From assembly GCA_032654565.1 (NCBI GenBank), contig JAULAX010000015.1, positions 736,001 to 800,000 on the forward strand: a stretch of 64,000 nucleotides of DNA, written 5' to 3'. Position numbers and translations under genes: made by a program. Source of the stretch: Anaeromyxobacteraceae bacterium (GTDB lineage Bacteria; Myxococcota; Myxococcia; Myxococcales; Anaeromyxobacteraceae). Shown in pieces: positions 38,859 through 48,553 of the stretch; within the stretch, counting starts at the first letter, position 1, and each line of letters starts with the position of its first letter. The notes beneath the pieces were generated by a model that had not been told where the DNA came from, ran no database searches, and saw nothing but the letters and a program-made list of their open reading frames with translations.

Positions 38859-40007
38859 ATGGCGATCGGACGGACGCCGCTCTCTGCCGCCGTCAAGGCG
38901 CTCCGCGCCGAGCTGGCCGGCGGCCCCCACGCCGACCTCGGGCAGGACATCGCCGAGCTGGGCAGCCTGCTCCTGCAGCGCGAGCTGCGCCGCTTCGCCA
39001 CCGTGCGGGATCCCGCCGAGCAGGAGCTGCTGGCCTCCCTGCCCGACGCCGCGGCGGTGGTGGCGGTCGACGGCCGGGTGCGGGTCTGCAACGGCGCCTT
39101 CGACGCCCTCTCCGCCAGCGGCCGGGCCGCCGGCCTCACCGCCCTGGAGGTGACCCGGAGCGGCGAGCTGGCCGAGGCGGTCCGCCGGGCCCTGGAGGGG
39201 ACGGCGCGGCGGCTGGAGCTCACCCTGCAGCACCGCGCCCTCTCGGTGCAGCTGACCCCGCTCTTGCGCGGCGAGGTGCTCTGCCTGGCCCGCGACGTCA
39301 CCGAGGAGCGGCGCGCCGCCGCCACCAAACGCGACTTCGTGGCCAACGCCTCCCACGAGCTGCGCACCCCGGTGGCCGCCATCCGCGGCGCCGCCGAGAC
39401 CCTGCTGGCCGGCGCCCTCGACCAGCCGGAGACGGCGCGTGGCTTCGTGGAGATCGTCCACCGCCAGGCGGAGCGGCTCTCCCGCCTCACCCAGGACCTG
39501 CTCGACCTCTCCCGCCTGGAGTCGCGGCAGTGGCGCTTCGAGCTGGCGCCGGTGGAGCTCACGGCCCTGGCCCGGCAGCTGCTCGAGCTGCAGGGGCCGG
39601 GCGCCCGCAAGAAGGGGCTGGAGCTGCGCGTCGAGATCCCCGTCGGCCTGGTCGCCATGGGCGACGGCCGGGCCCTGGAGCAGGTGGTGGTCAACCTGGT
39701 GGACAACGCCATCAAGTACACCCCGGGTGGATCGGTCGAGGTGCGGGCCACCGCGCTGGGCGAGGACGTGGTGCTCACCGTCGCCGACACCGGCCCGGGC
39801 ATCGAGGCCCACCACCTGGCCCGGCTCTTCGAGCGGTTCTACCGGGTCGATCCAGGCCGGGCCCGCGAGGCCGGCGGCACCGGGCTGGGGCTGGCCATCG
39901 CCAAGCACCTCGTCCAGGGGATGCACGGCGAGATCGGCGTGGAGAGCGGCGCCGGCGGGACCTGCTTCACGGTGCGGCTCCCCAGCGCCGGACCCGTCCG
40001 GGGCTGA
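38859..40007 (+). CDS. phoR: Histidine kinase PhoR (no obvious TM segment)
   Basis: PAS, DFVANASHELRTP, NLVDNAIKY, FERFYRVD..R.RE.GGTGLGLAI. Confidence 0.85.
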   Translation: MAIGRTPLSAAVKALRAELAGGPHADLGQDIAELGSLLLQRELRRFATVRDPAEQELLASLPDAAAVVAVDGRVRVCNGAFDALSASGRAAGLTALEVTRSGELAEAVRRALEGTARRLELTLQHRALSVQLTPLLRGEVLCLARDVTEERRAAATKRDFVANASHELRTPVAAIRGAAETLLAGALDQPETARGFVEIVHRQAERLSRLTQDLLDLSRLESRQWRFELAPVELTALARQLLELQGPGARKKGLELRVEIPVGLVAMGDGRALEQVVVNLVDNAIKYTPGGSVEVRATALGEDVVLTVADTGPGIEAHHLARLFERFYRVDPGRAREAGGTGLGLAIAKHLVQGMHGEIGVESGAGGTCFTVRLPSAGPVRG

Positions 40008-40029
40008 TCGTCCGGCGGCCGGTGACGCT

Positions 40030-40056
40030 CTCACCGATCCGTCACACGACCGCCCC
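40030..40056 (+). promoter_or_regulatory. Pho-box-like repeats upstream of porin-pstS
   Basis: CTCAC 40030, GTCAC 40041, GCCCC 40052; 40038-40054 matches 42218-42234 at 16/17. Confidence 0.7.
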
Positions 40057-40138
40057 GGCGCCGCCATGCACCAATCCTAGAACCACCCCGAACCGAGCAG
40101 GTGCTCGTCACCATCTCTCTCGAAAAGGGGCAGCTCAC

Positions 40139-41353
40139 ATGTTTGCACGCATCGTCGCCATCCTCGCCGCCGCGGCCCTCGCGCCCGCGGTCGCCGTCGC
40201 CCAGGAGGCCCAGGCCTCCACCCCCGCCACCGACCCGGCCGTCGTGGAGGGCAAGGTCGACTCGCTCGCCGAGCAGTACGCCGAGACCAAGGCCGACGTG
40301 GCCTCCATGAAGAAGCTGAAGCTCTCCGGCTACATCCAGGCCCGCTACGCCTGGCTGGAGGCCGCCAACTACAACGCCTCCGCCGCCGCCGCGACCGCGA
40401 CCACCCCCTCGCAGAGCGGCTTCTTCATCCGCCGCGGCCGCTTCAAGGCCACCTACGAGGCCGACCTGGCCCAGTACGTGGTCCAGATCGACGTCACCCC
40501 GGCCGGCCTGTCGATGAAGGAGGGCTACGCCAGCATCAAGCTCCCCTACGGCCTGGCGCTCGACGCCGGCCTCCAGCTCTTCCCCTTCGGCTACGAGGTC
40601 TTCGCCCGCTCCTCCTCCGACCTCGACACCCTGGAGCGGTCGCGGGTCACCCGGGCCTTCCTGGCCGGCGAGTACGACCTCGGCCTGGCCCTGCGCGGCA
40701 AGGTCTCCGCGGTCAACTTCAAGGTCGGCGCCTTCAACGGCAACGGCGTCGACTCCGGCCAGGTCGGCCGTGACAACGACCAGCTCAAGGACATCATCGG
40801 CCGCGCCTGGGTCGACATGGGCATGGTGACCGCCGGCGTCTCCGGCTGGTACGGCAAGACCATCAACTACGCCCGCGCCGACGACAAGTCCTACGACCGC
40901 AACCGCGTCGCCGCCGACGTCCAGGTCTTCCTCGACCTCCTCTCCATCGGCGGCACCGCCGTCAAGGGCGAGTACATCTGGGGCCACACCACCATCGGCA
41001 ACACCGCCGGCAACCTCGGCGCCGGCGGCAACCTCCCCGGCCTGACCTCGCTGGCCCCGGTCCCGACCGGCTCCGGCTGGTACGCCACCCTGCTGCAGAA
41101 CTTCGGCAAGCCCTACCAGCTGGCGGTCAAGTACGAGCAGTACATGCCGAACCACACCGCGGCCATCTCCGCCCCCACCAGCACCACGGTCAAGGTCCAG
41201 CAGGAGGTGCAGGTGGCCGTCCACGCCTTCGTGGGCGGGAACGCCAAGCTGACCGCGGCGTGGTTCCACCCCATGAACGGCGAGAAGGGCGCGGCCGCCC
41301 CGTCCGACCCCAAGGCCGACCAGTACATCCTCCAGGCCCAGGTCCGCTTCTAG
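40139..41353 (+). CDS. Phosphate-selective porin-like outer membrane protein
   Basis: Signal peptide, LKLSGYIQARY, FFIRRGR, GAFNGNG, C-terminal QAQVRF; pst context. Confidence 0.75.
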   Translation: MFARIVAILAAAALAPAVAVAQEAQASTPATDPAVVEGKVDSLAEQYAETKADVASMKKLKLSGYIQARYAWLEAANYNASAAAATATTPSQSGFFIRRGRFKATYEADLAQYVVQIDVTPAGLSMKEGYASIKLPYGLALDAGLQLFPFGYEVFARSSSDLDTLERSRVTRAFLAGEYDLGLALRGKVSAVNFKVGAFNGNGVDSGQVGRDNDQLKDIIGRAWVDMGMVTAGVSGWYGKTINYARADDKSYDRNRVAADVQVFLDLLSIGGTAVKGEYIWGHTTIGNTAGNLGAGGNLPGLTSLAPVPTGSGWYATLLQNFGKPYQLAVKYEQYMPNHTAAISAPTSTTVKVQQEVQVAVHAFVGGNAKLTAAWFHPMNGEKGAAAPSDPKADQYILQAQVRF

Positions 41354-41386
41354 GCCGCCCACCTCCACCAGAAGGAGACACCCACC

Positions 41387-42205
41387 ATGAAGCGCATCGC
41401 CTTCGCAGTCCTCACCGCCCTCACCCTGGCGCCGGCCGTCTCGCAGGCCGCCGTCACCGTGAAGGGCTCCGACACCATGGTCATCCTCGCCCAGCGCTGG
41501 GCCGAGAACTACATGAAGAAGAACGCCGGCAAGAAGATCCAGGTGACCGGCGGCGGCTCCGGCACCGGCATCTCGGCCCTCATCAACGGCACCACCGACG
41601 TCGCCAACTCCTCCCGCCCCATCAAGGGCGACGAGGTGGCCAAGGTCCGTGACCGGTTCAACGTCCTCCCCGCCGAGACCGCGGTGGCCAAGGACGGCGT
41701 CGCCCTCTACGTCAACGACGCCAACGGCGTCACCCAGCTCACCGTCGACCAGCTGAGGTCGATCTACCAGGGTGACGTGACCAACTGGAAGGCGGTCGGC
41801 GGCGCCGACGCCCCCATCGTCCTCTACTCCCGCGAGAACTCGTCCGGCACCTACGTCTTCTTCAAGGACAACGTGCTCAAGGGCGAGGACTACGCCGCCA
41901 GCGCCCAGACCCTCCCGGGGACGGCCGCGGTGGTCAACGCCGTCTCCAAGGAGAAGAACGGCATCGGCTACGGCGGCGCCGCGTACGCCAAGGGGGTCAA
42001 GGAGGTGAAGGTGGTCGGCAAGGACGGCCAGGCCTACCTGCCCAGCGCCGAGAACGTGAAGTCGGGCAAGTACCCGCTGTCCCGCCCGCTCTTCGTCTAC
42101 ACCCGCGGCAAGGCCACCGGCGAGACCAAGGACTTCATCGACTACTGTCTCTCCGCCGAGGGCCAGGCCATCGTCACCCAGGTGGGCTACTTCCCCGTCA
42201 AGTAA
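41387..42205 (+). CDS. pstS: Phosphate ABC transporter substrate-binding protein
   Basis: KGSDTM, GGGSGTGI, SRENSSGT, YPLSRPLF. Confidence 0.93.
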   Translation: MKRIAFAVLTALTLAPAVSQAAVTVKGSDTMVILAQRWAENYMKKNAGKKIQVTGGGSGTGISALINGTTDVANSSRPIKGDEVAKVRDRFNVLPAETAVAKDGVALYVNDANGVTQLTVDQLRSIYQGDVTNWKAVGGADAPIVLYSRENSSGTYVFFKDNVLKGEDYAASAQTLPGTAAVVNAVSKEKNGIGYGGAAYAKGVKEVKVVGKDGQAYLPSAENVKSGKYPLSRPLFVYTRGKATGETKDFIDYCLSAEGQAIVTQVGYFPVK

Positions 42206-42209
42206 CGGC

Positions 42210-42236
42210 GTCACATCTCCGTCACACGGCCGCCAC
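42210..42236 (+). promoter_or_regulatory. Pho-box-like repeats between pstS and pstC
   Basis: GTCAC 42210, GTCAC 42221, GCCAC 42232 (11-bp period). Confidence 0.75.
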
Positions 42237-42270
42237 GGACCCGACATCTGGACCTGTCAGATCGGCATCC

Positions 42271-43266
42271 GTGACGGCCATGAGCACCATCCTCAAGCAG
42301 CGCGCGGCCACCCCGGCCGCGGAGGGGCGGCGGCGGCAGGTCCAGGAGGCGGCCATCGAGCTCGGCATCACGCTCGTGGCCCTCACCGGGATCGCCGCCG
42401 TCATCCTCATCTTCGTCTTCGTGGCCCGCGAGGCCATCCCGCTCTTCTCCAACCCGGAGCTGGCCAGGGAGACCGACCTCGGTCGGATGTTCCTCCCCCA
42501 GGTCTGGCGCGCCGGCCGCCCCGCCGCCTTCATCTGGCAGCCGGTGGGCGGCATCCCCAAGTACTCGATGATCCCGCTCTTCGTCGGCACCCTGAAGGTG
42601 ACCGCGGTGGCCATGCTGGTGGCGGTGCCGGTGGGGATCGCGGCCGCGGTCTTCTCCTCCGAGTTCGCGCCGCCGCGCCTGCGCGAGGTGCTCAAGCCGG
42701 TCATCGAGCTGCTGGCCGGCATCCCCTCGGTGGTGCTGGGCTTCTTCGCGCTGGTGGTGATGGCCACCTGGCTGCAGTCGGCCTTCGGCTTCACCTCCCG
42801 CCTCAACGCCGTCGGCGCCGGCCTGGCGCTGGCCCTCACCATCATCCCGGTCATCTACACGGTCAGCGAGGACGCCCTCACCGCCGTCCCCCGCTCCTAC
42901 CGCGAGGCCTCGCTGGCGCTGGGGGCGACCCGCTGGGAGACCGCCTTCCGCGTGGTGCTGCCGGCCGCCGCCCCCGGGGTGCTGGCCGCGGTGGTGCTCG
43001 GCTTCGGCCGGGCCATCGGCGAGACCATGATCGTGCTGATGGCCTCGGGCAACGCCGCCACCACCACCTGGTCCTTTGGCGACTCGATCCGCACCCTGCC
43101 GGCCACCATCGCCGCCGAGATGGGCGAGGTGGTGGTGGGCGGCGGCCACTACGCGGTGCTCTTCTTCATCGGCGTGGAGCTCTTCGTCTTCACCTTCGTG
43201 CTCAACAGCCTGGCCGCGGTGGCGGTGCGCCGGCTGGTGCGCAAGATGTCCGGGGCGGCGGCGTGA
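42271..43266 (+). CDS. pstC: Phosphate ABC permease PstC
   Basis: [36 protein letters not shown]; start 42271 or 42280. Confidence 0.93.
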   Translation: MTAMSTILKQRAATPAAEGRRRQVQEAAIELGITLVALTGIAAVILIFVFVAREAIPLFSNPELARETDLGRMFLPQVWRAGRPAAFIWQPVGGIPKYSMIPLFVGTLKVTAVAMLVAVPVGIAAAVFSSEFAPPRLREVLKPVIELLAGIPSVVLGFFALVVMATWLQSAFGFTSRLNAVGAGLALALTIIPVIYTVSEDALTAVPRSYREASLALGATRWETAFRVVLPAAAPGVLAAVVLGFGRAIGETMIVLMASGNAATTTWSFGDSIRTLPATIAAEMGEVVVGGGHYAVLFFIGVELFVFTFVLNSLAAVAVRRLVRKMSGAAA

Positions 43267-44177
43267 AGCTGGCGACGCGCAAGCTGGTGGGGGCGGGGCT
43301 GACCGGCGCCACCGGGGCCGCGGCGCTGATCATCGTGATCATGCTGGGGTTCATCCTCTGGGACGTGGTGGCGGGCGGCTGGACCCGCCTCTCCCTCGAG
43401 TTCGTCACCCAGGCGCCCACCGAGGGCATGACCGCGGGCGGCATCTTCCCGGCCATCTACGGTACCGCCGTGCTCACCCTGCTGATGACGGTGGCGGTGA
43501 TGCCGGTGGGGGTGCTGACCGCCGTCTACCTGCACGAGTACGCCCCCCGCGACTCGCGCCTGGCCGAGCTGGTGCGGGTGGCGGTGCAGAACCTGGCCGG
43601 CGTCCCCTCCATCGTCTTCGGCCTCTTCGGCCTCGGCTTCTTCATCCAGTTCCTGGGGCGGAACCTGGACCGGGCCCTCTCCGCCGAGGGGGTGCTCCGC
43701 TTCGGCCAGCCGGCGCTGGTCTGGGCGGCGCTGACCCTGGCGGTGCTGACGCTGCCGGTGGTGATCGTCTCCACCGAGGAGGCGCTGCGGGCGGTGCCGC
43801 GCGAGTGGCGCGACGCCTCGCTGGCGCTGGGGGCCACCAGGTCGCAGACCCTGGCCCGGGTCATCCTGCCCAGCGCCGTCCCCGGCATCCTCACCGGGGC
43901 CATCCTGGCGGTGGCCCGCGGCGCCGGCGAGGTGGCCCCCATCCTCTTCACCGGGGTGGCCTACTTCCTCCCCGACCTCCCCAACGGCCCGTTCAGCCAG
44001 TTCATGCACCTCGGCTACCATGTGTACGTGCTGGCCACCCAGTCCACCGATGTCGAGGCCACCAAGCCGCTCCTCTACGCCACCGTCCTCGTGCTCCTCT
44101 CCCTGACCTTCCTCCTCAACCTGATCGCCATCGTGCTGCGGGCGCGCACCCGCCGCGCCGCCGCCGCCGGCACCTGA
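43263..44177 (+). CDS. pstA: Phosphate ABC permease PstA
   Basis: [33 protein letters not shown]. Confidence 0.93.
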   Translation: MKLATRKLVGAGLTGATGAAALIIVIMLGFILWDVVAGGWTRLSLEFVTQAPTEGMTAGGIFPAIYGTAVLTLLMTVAVMPVGVLTAVYLHEYAPRDSRLAELVRVAVQNLAGVPSIVFGLFGLGFFIQFLGRNLDRALSAEGVLRFGQPALVWAALTLAVLTLPVVIVSTEEALRAVPREWRDASLALGATRSQTLARVILPSAVPGILTGAILAVARGAGEVAPILFTGVAYFLPDLPNGPFSQFMHLGYHVYVLATQSTDVEATKPLLYATVLVLLSLTFLLNLIAIVLRARTRRAAAAGT

Positions 44178-44181
44178 GCCC

Positions 44182-44967
44182 ATGAGCCCCGACACCGCCA
44201 CCGCCGCCGCGCCGCGTCCCAAGATGGAGGCGAGGAAGCTGCAGATCGCCTACGGCACCAAGGTCGCCGTCAAGGACGTCGACCTGGTCCTGCCCGAGAA
44301 GCGGGTGACCGCCCTGATCGGACCCTCCGGCTGCGGCAAGTCCACCTTCCTGCGCGCCCTCAACCGGATGAACGACCTCATCCCCGGCGCCACCATGCAG
44401 GGCGAGGTGCTGCTCGACGGGGAGAGCGTGGTGGACGGCCGGCTCGACGCGGTGGAGCTGCGCCGGCGGGTGGGCATGGTCTTCCAGAAGTCCAACCCCT
44501 TCCCCAAGTCGATCTTCGAGAACGTCGCCTACGGGCTGCGGGTGGCGGGGATGAACGACAAGGGGCTGCTGCTGGAGCGGGTCATCCGCTCGCTGCAGGG
44601 GTCGGCCCTCTGGGACGAGGTCAAGGACCGGCTCCACGAGAGCGCCATGGGGCTCTCCGGCGGGCAGCAGCAGCGGCTCTGCATCGCCCGGGCCCTGGCC
44701 ATCCAGCCGGAGGTGCTGCTCATGGACGAGCCGGCCTCGGCCCTCGACCCCATCGCCACCGCCAAGATCGAGGACCTGATCCACGAGCTGAAGGCCAAGT
44801 ACACCATCGCCATCGTCACCCACAACATGCAGCAGGCGGCCCGGGTCTCGGACCAGACCGCCTTCTTCTACATGGGCGAGCTGGTCGAGGTGGGGCCCAC
44901 CGAGCAGATCTTCACCAACCCCCGCGAGCCGCGGACCGAGGACTACGTCACCGGCAAGTTCGGGTAG
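44182..44967 (+). CDS. pstB: Phosphate ABC ATPase PstB
   Basis: [48 protein letters not shown]. Confidence 0.95.
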   Translation: MSPDTATAAAPRPKMEARKLQIAYGTKVAVKDVDLVLPEKRVTALIGPSGCGKSTFLRALNRMNDLIPGATMQGEVLLDGESVVDGRLDAVELRRRVGMVFQKSNPFPKSIFENVAYGLRVAGMNDKGLLLERVIRSLQGSALWDEVKDRLHESAMGLSGGQQQRLCIARALAIQPEVLLMDEPASALDPIATAKIEDLIHELKAKYTIAIVTHNMQQAARVSDQTAFFYMGELVEVGPTEQIFTNPREPRTEDYVTGKFG

Positions 44968-45000
44968 CGTGGGGCGCGGCGCCAGGGATCGGGAGCAGAC

Positions 45001-45678
45001 ATGGTCAAGACCCACATCGACAAGACGTACGAGGCCGAGCTGACGGCGCTGCGCGAGCAGCTGCTGGAGATGGGCGGCCTCGTCGAGGCGGCCATCGCCG
45101 CCAGCGTGCGGGCCATCATCGAGCGCGACGGCGCCCTGGCCGAGCAGGTGGTCAGGCGGGACCGGGTCGTCAACCGCATGGAGGTGGACATCGACGGCGC
45201 CTGCCGGCGCCTGCTGGCGCTGCGCCAGCCGGCCGCCAGCGACCTGCGCTTCATCACCACGGCGCTCAAGATCGTCACCGACCTGGAGCGCATGGGCGAC
45301 CTGGCGGTCAACATCGCCCGGCGGGCCGTCGACCTGTCCCAGGCCCCGGCGCTCAAGCCGCTGCACGACCTGGGGCGGCTGGCGGCGCTCAGCGAGGCGG
45401 CGCTGGCCAAGGCGCTCGACGCCTTCGTCACCGCCGACCCGGTCAAGGCCGAGGAGGTGCTGGAGGCCGACGACCACCTCGACGCCCTCTACCTCAAGGT
45501 CTTCAACGAGCTGCTCACCACCATGATGGAGGACCCGCGGGCCATCCGCCGGGCCACCTCGCTGATGTTCTCGGCCAAGCACCTGGAGCGCTTCGGCGAC
45601 CACGCCACCAACCTGGCCGAGATGGTCATCTTCATGGTGCGCGGCACCGACGTGCGCCACGCCAAGAACAAGGACTGA
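45001..45678 (+). CDS. phoU: Phosphate signalling protein PhoU
   Basis: RQPAASDLR, DLERMGDLAVNIA, LERFGDHATNLAE. Confidence 0.95.
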   Translation: MVKTHIDKTYEAELTALREQLLEMGGLVEAAIAASVRAIIERDGALAEQVVRRDRVVNRMEVDIDGACRRLLALRQPAASDLRFITTALKIVTDLERMGDLAVNIARRAVDLSQAPALKPLHDLGRLAALSEAALAKALDAFVTADPVKAEEVLEADDHLDALYLKVFNELLTTMMEDPRAIRRATSLMFSAKHLERFGDHATNLAEMVIFMVRGTDVRHAKNKD

Positions 45679-45689
45679 GCGGGGCGACA

Positions 45690-45930
45690 CGGCCCGTCGG
45701 GACCGGACCACGACGGCCGCCTCCACGGGACCATGGAAGGCCGCCGCGACGGGACGTCGTCGACCGAAGCGCGAGCTTCGCAGCCCCAGTCCCGCCCGCC
45801 CTGGCGGAACCGCACCTGGCGAGAAGGCGCGCCGAAGGCGGGACGAGCGCAGAGGTCGGCGGCGCCCCGGCACGGCAGGCCGATCCCGGTGAGGGTCCGC
45901 GGCGCCCTGGCAAGGCGGGCCGATCCCGGT
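45690..45930. repeat. Structured intergenic element: palindromes, CGGGAC motifs and a 40-nt tandem duplication
   Basis: CGAAGC-GCGA-GCTTCG 45765-45780; GTCCCGCC 45789-45796 / GGCGGGAC 45837-45844; 45854-45890 vs 45894-45930 33/37 identical. Confidence 0.7.
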
Positions 45931-45933
45931 CGA

Positions 45934-46536
45934 CTAGAAGAGCAGGTGCGTCGCCAGCCCGGCCATGCTGCCGAGCAGCGCCCCGGCCCCCACGTCGAGC
46001 GGGTAGTGCGCGCCCAGGTAGACCCGCGAGGCGCCGATGCCGACCGCCAGCCCCAGGAACAGGTACCCGAGGCCCAGCGGGGCGCCGACGAAGGCCAGCG
46101 CCACCGCGAAGGCGGCGCAGGTGTGGCCGGAGGGGAAGCTGAAGCGGTCCGGGTTGGCCGCCTCGGGGACGAAGCCGGCGATGGCCAGGTCGGGGCGGGC
46201 CCGGTGCAGGAGCCGCTTGAGCGCCTGCGACAGCACCGTGGCCAGCAGGGCGGCGGCGCCGAGGCGGAGCCCCAGCCTGGTGCCGACCGGCGTGAACGTC
46301 GCGAAGAAGCAGAGCCCCACGAACGTCCAGCCGCTGGCGTCGCCCAGCCGGGTGAGCGCCCGCGCCACCGAGGTCCTCCGCGGGGAGCGCCACCGGCGCG
46401 CCGCGAGGAGGGTCGCCTGGTCCCAGGCCAGCAGCCGGGCGAAGGCCCCGGTGGTGGTCGGGTGGACGCCGGCGGTGCCCCCGGGGGAGATCGCCAGCGG
46501 CTGCGGGCCGTGCTGCTGCTGTGAGGTGGCTTCCAT
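45934..46536 (-). CDS. PAP2-family phosphatase
   Basis: K...R.RP, SFPSGH, SRVYLGAHYPLDV. Confidence 0.92.
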   Translation of the reverse strand: MEATSQQQHGPQPLAISPGGTAGVHPTTTGAFARLLAWDQATLLAARRWRSPRRTSVARALTRLGDASGWTFVGLCFFATFTPVGTRLGLRLGAAALLATVLSQALKRLLHRARPDLAIAGFVPEAANPDRFSFPSGHTCAAFAVALAFVGAPLGLGYLFLGLAVGIGASRVYLGAHYPLDVGAGALLGSMAGLATHLLF

Positions 46537-46800
46537 CGCTGGACTCTAGATACGTGGCCGAGGTGTCGGCACCGAGGCTCCAGTGCAAACTCCGTGTGAC
46601 GGCCGGTCCGCGCCGTGGGGAGGCCGGCGTACCGTGGTCGAGGGGCCCGTCGGGGCGGGCGGGGTCCGGATCAGGACGGACAGTACGGCTGGAGGCCGGG
46701 CGGAGGCACGTGCCGGGCCTGGAGCGGCTTCCAGATCGGGTCGGCCCAGTTGACCCTGGGTCGCCCAGGCCCGTGGCCCGCGGGCCGGCGGCCCCCGATC

Positions 46801-47754
46801 CTAGAGCCGGTAGTCGAGGAGCTGGCAGGCCAGTCCGCCGTTGACGATCGGGAGGACCGTCCGCGGCGTGCCCGGCAGCAGCCGCTCCAGCCCCCGGTCG
46901 GGGCCGAGCACCGTCAGCTCCCAGCCGGGGAGGCGGGCCGCCAGCAGGGCCAGCGCCCGCCAGGCGCCGGCGGCGTCGTCGTCGAGCCGCACGCCGAAGG
47001 GCGGGTTGACGGCGCAGAGCCCGGCCCCGCCGGGGGGCGGCACCACGGCGGCGGCGTCGGCCCGCTCGAAGCGGACCAGCCCCTCGACCCCGGCGGCGGC
47101 GGCGTTCTTCTGGGCCAGCCGCAGCACCCCCATGTTCCGGTCGGAGGCGTGGATGGGCGCGGTGACCGGCCGGGCCTCGGCGCGGAGCCGCTCGCGCAGC
47201 CGCGCGGTGCGGCGGGCGTCGTGGCCGGGGAAGCGCTCGAAGGCGAAGGTCCGGTCCAGCCCCGGGGCCCGGCGCCCCGCCATCAGCGCCGCCTCGATGG
47301 CCAGCGTCCCGGAGCCGCACATGGGATCGAGGAAGGGGCGGTCGCCGCTCCAGCCGGCCACCCGCAGCAGGGCGGCGGCGATGGTCTCGCGCAGCGGCGC
47401 CGCGCCGATGCGGGCCCGCCAACCGCGGCGGTGGAGCGGCTCGCCGGCCGCCTCCACCGAGAGCGAGACCGTGCCCCCGGCGCGGCGGACGTGCAGGTCG
47501 GCGGCGGCGCCGAAGCGGCGCAGCGCCTCGGCGCGGGCGGCCGCGAAACCGTCGCTGCGGCCGTCGTAGACGCGGAGCCGGACCGTCTCGGCCACCCGCG
47601 AGGCCAGGCAGACCAGCGCCAGCCCGTCCTCGCCGCGGGCCTCGACGCCGCCCGGGGTTTCGGTGGCGTCCAGCCCCAGCTCGCGCAGCTCCGCCGCCAG
47701 CACCGGCTCGAGGCCGGGGGCGCAGGCGGCGAAGACGATGGGGGGGTGGGCCAC
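46801..47754 (-). CDS. Second RlmL-like RNA methyltransferase with shortened THUMP region
   Basis: FAACAPGLE, LHRRGWR, APLRETIAA, DPMCGSGT, NPPFG. Confidence 0.82.
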   Translation of the reverse strand: MAHPPIVFAACAPGLEPVLAAELRELGLDATETPGGVEARGEDGLALVCLASRVAETVRLRVYDGRSDGFAAARAEALRRFGAAADLHVRRAGGTVSLSVEAAGEPLHRRGWRARIGAAPLRETIAAALLRVAGWSGDRPFLDPMCGSGTLAIEAALMAGRRAPGLDRTFAFERFPGHDARRTARLRERLRAEARPVTAPIHASDRNMGVLRLAQKNAAAAGVEGLVRFERADAAAVVPPPGGAGLCAVNPPFGVRLDDDAAGAWRALALLAARLPGWELTVLGPDRGLERLLPGTPRTVLPIVNGGLACQLLDYRL

Positions 47755-47886
47755 GCGTCATCTTAGTGCCCCGCCCCGGGCAAGACGAACCGGGATGAAG
47801 CGATCGTGGCGGAGAGCCGCGGCGAGCCCCGCGCCACCAGCCGCGTCGCACGGCCCGGTCGGCGCCCGGTCCGGCGGACCGCCCGG

Positions 47887-48510
47887 TCAGTGCGGACGGG
47901 GGCGGATCAAGGTGTCGACCAGCTGCTTCAGCTTCTCCACCTCGTGCTCCAGCTCGGTGACCCGGTCGACCAGCTCCTCGGTGGCGCTGCCCCCCTCGGA
48001 GGGGTCGCGGGTGTTGCGGGTGATGCTGAGGGTCCCGCCGCCGGGCACGGCCTCGGGCGCCGCCTCGCCGTAGTAGACGCGCCGGATGGCCCGCTCGATG
48101 GAAGAGGAGGTGGCCACGTAGACCTCGACCTGGAGGCCGGAGGCCCGCCGCGCCTCGGCCAGGGCCTCGGTCATGGTGGGGTCGAAGCAGGCCAGCAGCA
48201 GCCGCTTCGGCTCGTCGCGACGGCCCAGCGGCATGATCCCGTACTGCTCGGCCACGCCCAGCGGCAGCAGCTGGCTGACGCCGGGGGCGAGGTCGAGGCG
48301 GTCGAGGTCGACGAGGCGCAGGCCGAGCTGCCGGGCGATGGCGGAGGCCAGCGTGCCCTCCTGCACCAGGCCGAGGTTGAGCAGGGTCTGGCCGAGCCGG
48401 CCGCCCCAGGCCGACTGCTCGGCGAGGGCGCGCTCCAGCTGCTCGCGGGTGAGGACGCGGGCGTCGACCAGGACGTCGCCGAGGCGAGAGCGGGTGGTCG
48501 TGGTGGCCAT
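47887..48510 (-). CDS. Stand-alone MshEN/GspE-N domain protein with C-terminal coiled coil
   Basis: RLGDVLVDARVLTREQLERALAEQ..GRLGQTLLNLGLV; start ATG 48510. Confidence 0.8.
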   Translation of the reverse strand: MATTTTRSRLGDVLVDARVLTREQLERALAEQSAWGGRLGQTLLNLGLVQEGTLASAIARQLGLRLVDLDRLDLAPGVSQLLPLGVAEQYGIMPLGRRDEPKRLLLACFDPTMTEALAEARRASGLQVEVYVATSSSIERAIRRVYYGEAAPEAVPGGGTLSITRNTRDPSEGGSATEELVDRVTELEHEVEKLKQLVDTLIRPRPH

Positions 48511-48553
48511 GCGGCACCTTCCCGGGGTGACCGACGGGTCCCCCGGGGACAGT

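Noticed and set aside
45851..45930. Possible mini CRISPR array
   Set aside because: Only two adjacent units, no spacer, no cas genes
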